From: a virus
DNA length: 32,331 bases
Virus genome (UHGV): UHGV-0737708
Reading direction: 5' to 3' (one strand)
Shown: positions 1 to 9,301 of the stretch, piece by piece
How the letters are laid out: the number at the start of each line of letters is the position of its first letter
Numbering within the stretch: the stretch's first letter is position 1
Translations under genes and position numbers: made by a program
The notes under the pieces: model-generated
What the model was told of the DNA's origin: nothing
The model's input: the letters and a program-made list of their open reading frames with translations, nothing else
The model's database searches: none

Positions 1-60
1 AGAATTTTCTCTTTATAAATAATATTAGATTGATTCACTTTCTTTTTAGAGGATACCACT

Positions 61-519
61 ATGATCAATACTAAAACTCCTTTCGTACTTCTGGGTCTGA
101 ACTCTGAAAACTACGGTAACTTCCATATGCTAGAAGTTTTCGCTAATCGTGGTTATAACATCATTCGTCATTCCGAAGACTCCAACTACTCAACTGCTTT
201 CTACGCTTTAAAACGAAATGGTCGTCCTACTGTGATCATCGACTGTCTTACTGATGAAGGTCGTCTTCAATACAACGATATTCCAGCAATTATTGTTCGT
301 GATGACCTTCCGTTTGATGTTCGTGAATACGATGTTGATTTAGGCTCTTACTATGGGATCGCCGATCTTGACCAGATTATGGCTGATTACGGTAAAGAAA
401 CCGCTCAGGAAGCCCCAGAAGAAGATGAACAAGACGAAGATGACGACGACTACGCACCAATCTGTTTTTCTTCTCAGAATGGCTTCTACGGTTACGATGA
501 AGGCTTAGATATGCTGTAA
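61..519 (+). CDS. Hypothetical strongly acidic protein (152 aa); C-terminal third is a run of Asp/Glu
   Basis: ATG at 61 with GAGGA Shine-Dalgarno 8 nt upstream; open frame to TAA; E. coli-optimal codon choice (cgt, ctg, ggt). No recognisable catalytic motif. Confidence 0.6.
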   Translation: MINTKTPFVLLGLNSENYGNFHMLEVFANRGYNIIRHSEDSNYSTAFYALKRNGRPTVIIDCLTDEGRLQYNDIPAIIVRDDLPFDVREYDVDLGSYYGIADLDQIMADYGKETAQEAPEEDEQDEDDDDYAPICFSSQNGFYGYDEGLDML

Positions 520-554
520 GTTAGGTCAACCCTTTGGCGTCTTGTCAAGGGGTA

Positions 555-583
555 TTGACAAAATTTTATGACTTTTTTATGAT
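555..583 (+). promoter_or_regulatory. Sigma70-like promoter: -35 TTGACA (555-560), 17-nt spacer, -10 TATGAT (578-583); overlaps palindrome TTGTCAA(542-548)/TTGACAA(555-561)
   Basis: Consensus hexamers with canonical 17-nt spacing read directly; about 55 nt upstream of the ATG at 640. Further TTGACA (592-597) and TTGACC (611-616) follow. Confidence 0.5.
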
Positions 584-639
584 TATCGCACTTGACAACT
601 TTGAGACTATTTGACCTAGATTTGTAAAGAGGATGTAAC

Positions 640-972
640 ATGAAAGAATTTACCATCACTAAATCCCTGTATGACTGGACTGTTAAAATCTCCGGCAAAA
701 CCGTTTCTGTAACCCCTAGCCATGTAGAAAATGATTGGGGTGTATCCCGTGAAACTATCTCCCGTAGTATGCATGTTCCGTTTGATCTGATGTCCTTAAC
801 TGGTATTCATGCAATGCTGGAAGTTCGCGAGCAATTCGAAGCTGGTAATCACAATGCAACTCCAGTTAGCAATCACCTTCTTACTAATGAAGAACGTGAA
901 ATCATCGAAAACTGGCGTTATGAATATGCGATTCCTTATTATGAAGAAGACCAAGTAGAAATCGATTGGTGA
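640..972 (+). CDS. Hypothetical protein (110 aa)
   Basis: ATG with AGAGGA Shine-Dalgarno; sits downstream of the promoter-like cluster; no recognisable motif. Confidence 0.6.
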   Translation: MKEFTITKSLYDWTVKISGKTVSVTPSHVENDWGVSRETISRSMHVPFDLMSLTGIHAMLEVREQFEAGNHNATPVSNHLLTNEEREIIENWRYEYAIPYYEEDQVEIDW

Positions 973-1060
973 TAAATTTCTATTATAAATAAAATTGTTC
1001 CGGTTGAGATGCCGGAACTAGGAGGATCAATCACTAAACCGTTTAAGGGGAATTAATACT

Positions 1061-1891
1061 ATGAATACTGTTACCGTTATGAATACTGCTAAAACTGCTT
1101 CCGTGTCTCTGGTTGTTGATAACACCAAACCGCTGACCATGTCTTCTCGTCAGATCGCTGAATTTACCGGAAAAGAACACCACAAAGTTAAAGTTGATAT
1201 AACTAAGATGTTGAATGCTCTAGGTTATGAAGATCACGCGAAGTTTCGCGTCATCTATTTTGACCAATACGGACGCGAACAAAACGAATATCAACTAGAC
1301 GAAGAAATGACTCTGACTCTTGTCACTGGTTACGATGTTAAGCGTCGAATGGTTGTTATTCAGGAATGGAAACGACTGAAAGAAGAAAATGAAAAACTGC
1401 GTTCTCAGCAAGTCAATCCATACGCAAACATGACTAAGCTCGATTGGATTCGCGAGGCAATGGAACTGGAAGCTGCAAACGAACAACTGATTCAGGAAAA
1501 GAATCAGTTGGTTGAATTGCATGTTCGTAAAGCTATCGACACTCACAGCTTAACCCGTCTTTTGGGCGAAAAACGAGGCTCTACGAAGGTACAAATGATT
1601 CTGAAAGGATTGTGTGCGGCTGGTGTTCTTGAGCGTCGTCTGGATGCTTCTGGTAAGCCTAACGGCTATGATCTGCTTCCTCCTGGCTATATGTTCGCTC
1701 GTATGTCGGCACACGGTCAGATCGAGTTCACTGCTGATGCCATCCCGCATCTTGTAAAACTCGGATTGCTTGAAGAAGAAAAGGCCGCAACTTTGAAATT
1801 GCCACAGCCGAACAACTCACGAGCAATCGTCAATAATACTGCTTTGCTGATTCGTCAGAATGCTGGATCACTGGAACACTTCGGACTGTAA
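1061..1891 (+). CDS. Rha-family phage regulatory protein / antirepressor-like (276 aa)
   Basis: N-terminal region (SRQIAEFTGKEHHKVKVDI ... LTLVTGYD) matches the Rha-domain pattern as I recall it; coiled-coil middle; AAGGGGA ribosome-binding site; terminator follows. Confidence 0.6.
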   Translation: MNTVTVMNTAKTASVSLVVDNTKPLTMSSRQIAEFTGKEHHKVKVDITKMLNALGYEDHAKFRVIYFDQYGREQNEYQLDEEMTLTLVTGYDVKRRMVVIQEWKRLKEENEKLRSQQVNPYANMTKLDWIREAMELEAANEQLIQEKNQLVELHVRKAIDTHSLTRLLGEKRGSTKVQMILKGLCAAGVLERRLDASGKPNGYDLLPPGYMFARMSAHGQIEFTADAIPHLVKLGLLEEEKAATLKLPQPNNSRAIVNNTALLIRQNAGSLEHFGL

Positions 1892-1899
1892 TAATTTTT

Positions 1900-1925
1900 G
1901 CCCCTGAATTTCAGGGGCTTTTTTG
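1900..1925 (+). terminator. Rho-independent terminator (GCCCCTGAA/TTCAGGGGC stem plus T run)
   Basis: Perfect 9-bp stem followed by TTTTTTG immediately after the stop of the 1061..1891 gene. Confidence 0.75.
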
Positions 1926-2063
1926 TATCTGTAGATGCGCTGAAAGTTAAGCACATCCCCTCAATTTTGAGGGCATCCCTCCAGATTTGGATGCATCTAT
2001 AGATCAGTCCAGATTTGGACTCAACTTAGAGATGAGCGCAGTTTTGCGCCGATTGTTTTACAT

Positions 2064-2089
2064 ACAAAAAAGCCACTCCGAAGAGTGGC
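2064..2089 (-). terminator. Rho-independent terminator for the leftward gene ending at 2105
   Basis: On the minus strand: GCCACTC-TTCG-GAGTGGC hairpin followed by TTTTTTG; lies just 3' of the minus-strand gene 2105..2335. Confidence 0.7.
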
Positions 2090-2104
2090 AAAGAGAATCA
2101 AAAC

Positions 2105-2335
2105 TCAAAAACCTGTTGCTTCTACGATCTGACCATCACCGATCTGAACATAGAATTTAATGTCTAACTTCTTCATATTCTTATAGAATTGGGCGATTGA
2201 GATCCCATGTTCACTAAGAATCTGTTCTTTCGCTTCCTTACCACGATCCGCTGTATAGTAAGCGTAGGCAATATCAGCCATCTGTTCTTGAGTGAATCGT
2301 GCCGGACGACCGCGAGTAGCTTTAGTCATAGTCAT
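2105..2335 (-). CDS. Small putative DNA-binding protein (76 aa); basic N-terminus KATRGRPARF plus helix-turn-helix-like segment
   Basis: ATG preceded by AGGAGA; basic AT-hook-like N-terminus; terminator downstream on the same strand. Confidence 0.5.
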   Translation of the reverse strand: MTMTKATRGRPARFTQEQMADIAYAYYTADRGKEAKEQILSEHGISIAQFYKNMKKLDIKFYVQIGDGQIVEATGF

Positions 2336-2365
2336 TTTCTCCTAAACAATAGTGATTTCTCAATA

Positions 2366-2968
2366 TTATTTAGAGGACTTAGATTTTATCTTGAACATGG
2401 GTGAGTCGTCAACCGACATAAAGAACTCTGCCTTAATCCCGTACTTCTTCAACCGTGAATAATATGTACCCCGACTTATATCAACCTTGCGAAGCACTTC
2501 AAAGAAGGATTTAGGATCGTTGTAATAGTGGCTGTACTTCACGTTAGCGAGTTCAACGAATAGTTCCCTTGTATCACCATAGCCTTTCTTAAAAGCTATG
2601 TTACGATAGCGTGTAATAGCGTGATTCAATCTCTTCTGTTTCAACACTTCTCGGATCGGCTTCCACTGCAACCGATAGATAGGACCGTCATCAATGCGAT
2701 AATAACGCTTGATATCAAAATCAAACCAATCTCGGACTCTCCGAAACTCTGTATGTGATGTTCTATGCTTCTTAAAGAAGTTGTGAACGTCTGTATAGCC
2801 ATTATCACGGTAAAATTCTATTAAAATCTCTTTCGCTTCCTCACGGCTAAAACCGGATGTTGTGTAATCAGTCTTTAAGTGCTTATGTTTTACTGGCAAA
2901 CGATATTCATGATCGGTACAAGACAAGGCTAATTCTAATTCATCTCTTTGTTGCTGATTAATTAGCAT
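2366..2968 (-). CDS. Hypothetical protein (200 aa), basic, function unknown
   Basis: ATG at 2968 preceded by AAGGGGG ribosome-binding site; co-oriented with 2105..2335; no catalytic motif recognised. Confidence 0.55.
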   Translation of the reverse strand: MLINQQQRDELELALSCTDHEYRLPVKHKHLKTDYTTSGFSREEAKEILIEFYRDNGYTDVHNFFKKHRTSHTEFRRVRDWFDFDIKRYYRIDDGPIYRLQWKPIREVLKQKRLNHAITRYRNIAFKKGYGDTRELFVELANVKYSHYYNDPKSFFEVLRKVDISRGTYYSRLKKYGIKAEFFMSVDDSPMFKIKSKSSK

Positions 2969-3055
2969 ACAACCCCCTTAAATCTTAATACCCGTATTTA
3001 TCAAAAAATCAACAATTTAATAAATACCTTCATATTTCGTAATGAGGGTAATTAC

Positions 3056-4963
3056 ATGAAACTAATTTCTAATAAGGCCAAATTAAAAAAGATTCTCAAA
3101 AATGCAGCCAAATATATTACGCCACCGCCTAAACTACTTCCATCGGAATGGTGCGAAGCGAATATGGTGCTGGTAGATGGTCCTCAAGCTGGGGATAAAG
3201 TTAAATTGCTGTCATTCCAGAAAGGCATGATTGATGCTCCTTTCCTTGAGAATAAGAAAAAGTATGTTCTGATGACCAGTGCGCAGATCGGAAAGACTAC
3301 CATCCTGAACGGTATCCTGTTTAACCAGATGGCTAACGATCCATGCAATATGATTATCGGACAATCAACCGCTAAAGAAATGTCTCAATATCTCGCTGGT
3401 AAGATCCGACCGTCTATCGAAGCATGTGATGCATTAAAAGACGTGGTTACAGACAAGAATGATCGCAATTCTGTTAATAACAACAATCAGCTCCAGCTCA
3501 AATCAAACCACTTCCTTTATATGGTATCGCTTACTAGTCCATCAACCCTGCGCGGTAAGACTGCAAAGGTCGGACTACTAGACGAAATCGATGCTGCTAC
3601 AGCCTCAGAAGAAGGTGATCCGGTGGCACTGGCTGCTAACCGTTTAACTACCTTTGGTGATGAAGGCCGATTAGTCGTATCCAGCACCCCGACCAGTAAG
3701 CTCGGAAGCATTAACCAGCAATGGTTATCAAGCGATATGCGTATGTTTTTTGTTCCGTGTCCTCATTGCGGTAGACACCAGGTGATCGAGTGGGAAAACG
3801 TTCAATTTGAATGGCGTAACATCGATGGTAAGAACTTACCCGATCCTGATACCGCTCGTTATATTTGCCCCCACTGTAAGCAATCATGGACAGAAGGAGA
3901 GCGGATCAGGGCGGTAGCTGCTGGTGAATGGCGAGTAACGAGAGAAAGCGAGGTAGCAGGATTCTGGATCAGCCGTCTGTATTCACCTTTCAGCACGATC
4001 CGCGCTTGTGTGGTTGATTTTAGTCATGCGTGGCAATCCTTTGATTTACAATCATTTTATAACACAGTGTTAGGCAAGGTATACGACGATCAGGACACGG
4101 CAGTAGAAGCAAATGAACTGGAACAACTCAAAACAGATGTTTCTATCGAGAATATCCCTGATGACGTGATTTTCTTGTGCTCAGGAATTGACCAGCAATT
4201 GGACCGCGCAGAATCTACCATCTTAGGTGTAGCGAAAGATAAGGTTTACATTCTGGATCACCGCAGCTTTTACGATCATAACTGTGAACGATATGAATCA
4301 CCTGTATGGGATCGTCTGGTTAACTTCAAGAAAACCAAATTCTATAACGTTAATGGTGAACGTGTACCAATGCTCGCCAGCTTCCTTGATACATCGAACG
4401 GTCGATTCACTCAAGCCGGATACCGTATTTGCGGCAAGTGGAAGAACCTACACGCTATCAAAGGTAGTTCATCTGGTAATGCTCCAGTGATTCCGGTTAA
4501 ACCGACCCGCACAGGTGGTCATGAATTGCTTATGCTGGGTGTTAACGTTGGGAAATCCGCTGTTCGTGAAATGCTGGTTAGAAACCTGAAAGACAATCCT
4601 CACATCGGCTTAGAAATATCAGAAACCGTTCCTGATGATTATCTCGATCAGCTTTTGAGTGAATCCATCAAGCGTACTACTACTGGCGTGCGTTGGGTGA
4701 AAAATCCAGGTAGTACCCGAAACGAGGCTCTCGACTGTCTGGTTTATAGCTATGCTGCTTCTCGCTACGTTCTTTCAAAAATGTCATGGGATAAACTCAT
4801 TGCAATGAAAGACAGCTTAAACCGTGTTGTCGAAGAACCCGTAGAAGCTCCTAAATCGCAATCTGACGAGCAAATCGAAGAAACTAAGCCAATCACACGA
4901 CCGCAACGTAAAAACATCGCCAGACGCCCAAATAGAGGCCGTAGCTGGGTAACATCGTTCTAA
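3056..4963 (+). CDS. terL: Terminase large subunit, lambda GpA family (635 aa)
   Basis: Walker A-like SAQIGKT; paired zinc-ribbon cysteines CPHCGRH ... CPHCKQ; C-terminal [13 protein letters not shown] matching the lambda gpA nuclease region as recalled; followed by a portal gene. Confidence 0.88.
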   Translation: MKLISNKAKLKKILKNAAKYITPPPKLLPSEWCEANMVLVDGPQAGDKVKLLSFQKGMIDAPFLENKKKYVLMTSAQIGKTTILNGILFNQMANDPCNMIIGQSTAKEMSQYLAGKIRPSIEACDALKDVVTDKNDRNSVNNNNQLQLKSNHFLYMVSLTSPSTLRGKTAKVGLLDEIDAATASEEGDPVALAANRLTTFGDEGRLVVSSTPTSKLGSINQQWLSSDMRMFFVPCPHCGRHQVIEWENVQFEWRNIDGKNLPDPDTARYICPHCKQSWTEGERIRAVAAGEWRVTRESEVAGFWISRLYSPFSTIRACVVDFSHAWQSFDLQSFYNTVLGKVYDDQDTAVEANELEQLKTDVSIENIPDDVIFLCSGIDQQLDRAESTILGVAKDKVYILDHRSFYDHNCERYESPVWDRLVNFKKTKFYNVNGERVPMLASFLDTSNGRFTQAGYRICGKWKNLHAIKGSSSGNAPVIPVKPTRTGGHELLMLGVNVGKSAVREMLVRNLKDNPHIGLEISETVPDDYLDQLLSESIKRTTTGVRWVKNPGSTRNEALDCLVYSYAASRYVLSKMSWDKLIAMKDSLNRVVEEPVEAPKSQSDEQIEETKPITRPQRKNIARRPNRGRSWVTSF

Positions 4964-5035
4964 TAACTCGCCGTCCTTCGGGGCGGCTTACTCCTAAATA
5001 TTGTTAATCCAATAACAATTAAATAAGGGGTAATT

Positions 5036-5533
5036 ATGAGTTTAGAACTAATTCCCTTAGTAATTCGTAAAGGCGAAAAAATCACGCTGGCGAATGAAGA
5101 GGGTGTAACAATTCAGGTAGGAAATAATAATAAAGGTATCATCTATCAGGTTGATGATTCTCCGGCTAATCACGAGATTAAAACCTTAGATTTTGCCGAA
5201 GGTAAATATACCATCGTAACCACTTTGGAAGATGAACTGGTGTCAATGCAGGAATTAACTGTATTGCCAGTATTCGCCAAACAATCCAAAAAAGAATATC
5301 TGCGGGAAACTATCGCCTTAATAGAGCAAGTTATTTTTGCCCGTTTATCTGGGGACGAAGCCGCATTATCTCAAATGACCGTGAAAGGGAATACTTTCGC
5401 CTATGAGTCAGTGGCTGTTCTCCAGCAATTAAAGACTGATTATGAACGTCAGTTATCTAAAGTAATTCAAGCCGAACGACGTAAACAGGGAATTAGCCCG
5501 ATTAAAAATATCAAATTACGTCTTACGCGATAA
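5036..5533 (+). CDS. Hypothetical protein between terminase and portal (165 aa)
   Basis: ATG with TAAGGGGTAAT motif upstream; lambda gpW-like position, but no sequence evidence for a function. Confidence 0.55.
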   Translation: MSLELIPLVIRKGEKITLANEEGVTIQVGNNNKGIIYQVDDSPANHEIKTLDFAEGKYTIVTTLEDELVSMQELTVLPVFAKQSKKEYLRETIALIEQVIFARLSGDEAALSQMTVKGNTFAYESVAVLQQLKTDYERQLSKVIQAERRKQGISPIKNIKLRLTR

Positions 5534-5543
5534 GGGGTAAATC

Positions 5544-7055
5544 ATGTTTAATCTTTTTCGACGCAAAAAGGCGGTAGAAACTCCAGTTAAAACTAATCAC
5601 CGCCAGCAACAACAAAAAATCTTTATCGACAAACAAGTAGAAAAATTCCAGAAAGATTTGTCTAAGCGTTCTTTGGGCTTAGTCGGTGATCGAATTGATG
5701 GTGCACTTCAACAAGATACCATCACAGGAACCTTCAACAAGGCTCTCAAATCAAACGGTAAGCGCCTTTATGATCAGGGTCGTACTCTGGCTATAAACAA
5801 TGCTGTAGGTAAGCGATACAAGCAGTATATCGTTGACCAAGTTGTTGGTACGGGGCTTGATCCGAAGCCATCAATCGTTAAATCAAATGGCAAACTTGAC
5901 ACCGCACTGAATAAGCAGATCGAGAATGCTTTCTGGAAGTGGGCGCAGAGTGCTAAACGCTTCTCTCGCAACGGTCGCTTTAACTTCCGTGAAATGCTGG
6001 CAATGGCAGAATCTGAACGTGTTCAGGGTGGAGAATGCTTCATCGTTTTAACCAAAGAAAACAATGAGTTACAAGTTTCTATTCTGTCTGCTGATAGGTG
6101 CGACTGGTCGCTTAGTCGTGAAATAAGCAAAGACCGCGCGATCTATCAAGGGATTGAGTATGACGTAGACACAATGCGCCCTGTAGCATACTGGTTTAGA
6201 AAAATCAATCTACTGACTCAGACCTACACTGGCGAAAATTATCGCGTAGATGCTTCTCAGGTGTGCCACTACTACCAGCCACTGTGCGCGGAAAGTTTAC
6301 GTGGTGTGACTGACTTCCTGCCAGTGATTAAGGATATTGCGCATCAAGAAGCGTTCCGCGAAACCGCGATCATCCAGAAACGTATTGCAGCTAGCTCTAT
6401 GGGCTTTATTGAACGTCCGAAAGATTCTGGTGACGATTTTGATACTGGTGAAGAGGATGAACAATATCAAGCGCCGGAAGTAGTACAGGACTTTGCACCG
6501 GGTACTATTCAGGAATTGCCGGAAGGGGCAACGATCAAGAGCATCCAGGCGACGCAAAGCGGTGATGATTTCAATTCCTTCAATGATGCGATGTTTACTA
6601 GCGTATCAATGGGCTTAGGCGTGTTCAAACAGGGCTTAACAGGAGATTGTTCACAGATCAACTACTCAGCCGCACGTTTTGGGGAACTAACCCAGCGTAA
6701 CCGTGTTAAAGCACTGCAAAACAAATTAATTGAAACAGTGGTATTGCCAATTTTCGAAGCATATCTACGCCATTATTCCGCGCGTGGTATTGTTCCGATT
6801 CGTATTACTGCAATTCCGCATATTATCGATAATACAACTATTATTCGTCCGCGTTTTGAATCCGTCGATCCTATTAAAGACGTAAACGCCGAGATTGCTT
6901 TAATTCAAAATGGTCTTAAATCACGTACTGCCGTTATATTAGAACGTGGTGATGATCCTGAAAAAGTATTCTCAGAGATTCAAGCCGAAAAGAGCGCACT
7001 AAATATTATCGTTAATGGCGAGGGTGAAGAAAAAAATTCCCCAGCCGATCCCTAA
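5544..7055 (+). CDS. Portal protein (503 aa)
   Basis: Size and position directly between the large terminase and the prohead protease/capsid gene; acidic segment near the C-terminus; TAAGGGGTAAA ribosome-binding site. Confidence 0.72.
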   Translation: MFNLFRRKKAVETPVKTNHRQQQQKIFIDKQVEKFQKDLSKRSLGLVGDRIDGALQQDTITGTFNKALKSNGKRLYDQGRTLAINNAVGKRYKQYIVDQVVGTGLDPKPSIVKSNGKLDTALNKQIENAFWKWAQSAKRFSRNGRFNFREMLAMAESERVQGGECFIVLTKENNELQVSILSADRCDWSLSREISKDRAIYQGIEYDVDTMRPVAYWFRKINLLTQTYTGENYRVDASQVCHYYQPLCAESLRGVTDFLPVIKDIAHQEAFRETAIIQKRIAASSMGFIERPKDSGDDFDTGEEDEQYQAPEVVQDFAPGTIQELPEGATIKSIQATQSGDDFNSFNDAMFTSVSMGLGVFKQGLTGDCSQINYSAARFGELTQRNRVKALQNKLIETVVLPIFEAYLRHYSARGIVPIRITAIPHIIDNTTIIRPRFESVDPIKDVNAEIALIQNGLKSRTAVILERGDDPEKVFSEIQAEKSALNIIVNGEGEEKNSPADP

Positions 7056-7100
7056 TAACCAACGGGGGCGCAATGCCCCCAATTAATTAAAGGTGATTAA

Positions 7101-9104
7101 ATGCTTAAATTTCGCCGCGATCTTAACGGTTACGGTGGAGTTATTAACGAAGGGCATAACGATCAATACGAATTTGAAATTGCTTTCTCCAGTGAACAGC
7201 CTTATCAGCGCCAATTCTGGGATGAGCAAAATCAAGAAATGGTGGTATTAGATGAAATTCTGGTACATACACCGGAAGCGGTTGATCTGTCTCGTCTGAA
7301 TAATAACGCTCCGTTGCTGTTTAATCATAATTTCGATAATCACATTGGTGTCGTTTGTAACGCTCGAATCGATGCGGATAACGTAGGTCGTGCTCTGGTT
7401 AAATTCTCTAAGCATGGCACTTTGGCTAATGATATTCGCAATAAAGTCATTGAAGGTACGATGGAAAAAATTTCTGTCGGTTATGACATTAAAGAATATC
7501 ACATCGACTACACCAAAGGACAATTGATTGTTACTAAGTGGGCACCATACGAATTAAGTTTCGTTACCGTTCCTGCTGACGATACGGTCGGTTTAAATCG
7601 CTCTCTAAATACTATCACAGTTAATTTGGAGGCTAAACGCGATATGACTAAAGAACAAATCGAAGAAATCAAAGAAGAACAAGAATCCGCTCAGGTTGAA
7701 GAAACTCCGGTAGAAGAAAATAAAGAATCGGAAGTTGAAGAAACTCAAGAGCGCCAAGTTGAAGAGAATAAAGAAGATGAAAATCTCGAAGACGGAAAAG
7801 ACGCTGAACATCCTGAAAGTGTTGATGATGATAGTTCAACTGTTCGGGAAGCAGAAGAAGTAAAAGAAGAACGTGAAGCCGCTCCGGTTGAAGAAGAAAA
7901 AACCGAGGAAGTGGCTGAACGTTCCGAAGAAGACGAATTAGAAATTCGCGAAATTGCACGCGAACTAAATATTGACGACGAAGAATTAAAACGCGCATTG
8001 GCAGTTAAAGATATGACGCCGGAAGCATTCCGCACTAAGGCACTAAATAACATTACCAATGCTCAACGTAATAACGAACAAATTAATAAGGAACAAATCA
8101 TGGAAAAAACTTTCGATCTTAATAACGTAATCCGCTCCCTGGTAGATGGCGACGTGCTCGGCGCTCATGAAGCTGAATATTCCGCAATGGCTGCTACTGC
8201 AACTATGCAGCGTGGTCGTGCTGCTCGTGGTGGCTCTGTATTCGTTCCTGCTGCTGCTATGCGTGCTGCTGCTGCTGGTAACACCAAAGCTGACCTGACT
8301 GCTATCACCGACGAAAAACTGCTGACTGAATCCTACATCGAAATGCTGATGCCGGAATCCGTTCTGGGTCGTCTGGGTGTGACTGTTTACAGTGGCTTGA
8401 CTGCTCCGACCGCTATTCCAAAAATGACTAAATCCAGCGTTGACGCTTTCGGCTTCGTTGATGAAAACGGTGCTGCACCGGAAGGCAAAGCTGAATTTGC
8501 AAACGTGAAACTGTCTCCTAAGACTTTTGCTGGTGGCAACCCGATCAGCCGTCAGAGCATTAAAACCGTTCCGGGTATCGCTACCCTGATCACTGATCAC
8601 ATCAACCAGGCTGTTCGCATCAAACTGGAACAACTGATTCTGTCTGACAAAGACAATGAGCGCGGTCCTGCTGGTCTGGTTAAACAACTGGTTGATGCAA
8701 GCCGTGTTACTAAGAAAGCCGCTTTCAGCTACAAAGACTTCCTGAAAGAAATTGCAGCACTGACCGACGCTGGCGTTCCTGCTCAGGCGATCAAGTTTGC
8801 GATGAGCGGTGCAACTGCTGCTGAACTGGAATCTACCCTGAAAGATAATGGTGTTTCCGGTTATATCATCGAAAACGGCAAACTGGCTGGTTACGATGTA
8901 GTTACTTCTGGTGTTATCCCGGCAGATCACATCGTTCTGGGTGACTTCTCCGGTATTACTATCGGTGAGTGGGGCGGTCTGGAACTGGATATGGACGACA
9001 CCACCTACCGTGCACAGTCCGCTATCGTTCCGCGTATCTGGGTAGATCTGGACTATGTTGTAACCCAGCCGGAAGCTCTGAAAGTTCTTCACATCTCCGA
9101 ATGA
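7101..9104 (+). CDS. Fused prohead protease (HK97 family) - acidic scaffold-like linker - major capsid protein (HK97 fold), 667 aa
   Basis: N-terminus carries prohead protease signatures (PLLFNHNFDNHIGVV, ISVGY, ELSFVTVPADD); residues ~190-330 are Glu-rich low complexity; C-terminal ~330 aa is Ala/Gly-rich with very strong E. coli-optimal codon bias, as expected for a major capsid protein. Confidence 0.85.
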   Translation: MLKFRRDLNGYGGVINEGHNDQYEFEIAFSSEQPYQRQFWDEQNQEMVVLDEILVHTPEAVDLSRLNNNAPLLFNHNFDNHIGVVCNARIDADNVGRALVKFSKHGTLANDIRNKVIEGTMEKISVGYDIKEYHIDYTKGQLIVTKWAPYELSFVTVPADDTVGLNRSLNTITVNLEAKRDMTKEQIEEIKEEQESAQVEETPVEENKESEVEETQERQVEENKEDENLEDGKDAEHPESVDDDSSTVREAEEVKEEREAAPVEEEKTEEVAERSEEDELEIREIARELNIDDEELKRALAVKDMTPEAFRTKALNNITNAQRNNEQINKEQIMEKTFDLNNVIRSLVDGDVLGAHEAEYSAMAATATMQRGRAARGGSVFVPAAAMRAAAAGNTKADLTAITDEKLLTESYIEMLMPESVLGRLGVTVYSGLTAPTAIPKMTKSSVDAFGFVDENGAAPEGKAEFANVKLSPKTFAGGNPISRQSIKTVPGIATLITDHINQAVRIKLEQLILSDKDNERGPAGLVKQLVDASRVTKKAAFSYKDFLKEIAALTDAGVPAQAIKFAMSGATAAELESTLKDNGVSGYIIENGKLAGYDVVTSGVIPADHIVLGDFSGITIGEWGGLELDMDDTTYRAQSAIVPRIWVDLDYVVTQPEALKVLHISE

Positions 9105-9244
9105 ACTAGCGTAGAACCTTCTGTACCTTCCCCCGATTTGGGGGAAGAAAATCTGATTCCATCTCAGGAAGAAGAATCCCAGACGGTTACGGCGAAAGCC
9201 ACAGCTAAAAAGGTGGGACGTCCACCGAAAGCAAAATAATAATT

Positions 9245-9272
9245 AGCCCTGCCTAACGGTGGGGCTTTTTTG
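9245..9272 (+). terminator. Rho-independent terminator (AGCCCTGCC-TAAC-GGTGGGGCT plus T6)
   Basis: Hairpin plus TTTTTTG read directly; near-identical copy at 15108..15137. Confidence 0.7.
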
Positions 9273-9301
9273 TATGTAAATACTCCATAAAGGGGGTAAC
9301 T

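Noticed and set aside
1927-2060. Possible tRNA or other small RNA gene in the hairpin-rich intergenic region
   Set aside because: No cloverleaf could be drawn and no T-loop GTTCRANYC motif is present; kept only as a structured or packaging-site candidate in the findings.
4966-7076. GC hairpins with UUCG or GCAA-type loops after the terminase (4966-4990) and portal (7063-7079) genes, considered as terminators
   Set aside because: Stable stems but no following U tract, and the operon clearly continues; more likely RNA stability or processing elements, so not listed as terminators.
7605-8059. Three overlapping minus-strand ORFs (68-109 aa) across the acidic linker of the capsid gene
   Set aside because: They arise from the GAA/GAG-rich repetitive region read in reverse; low-complexity translations; no start context.
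8043-9092. 349-aa ORF on the minus strand inside the capsid gene
   Set aside because: Antisense to a coding region with strong plus-strand codon bias and clear protease/capsid motifs; Ser/Thr-rich low-complexity translation typical of an antisense artefact; no ribosome-binding site.
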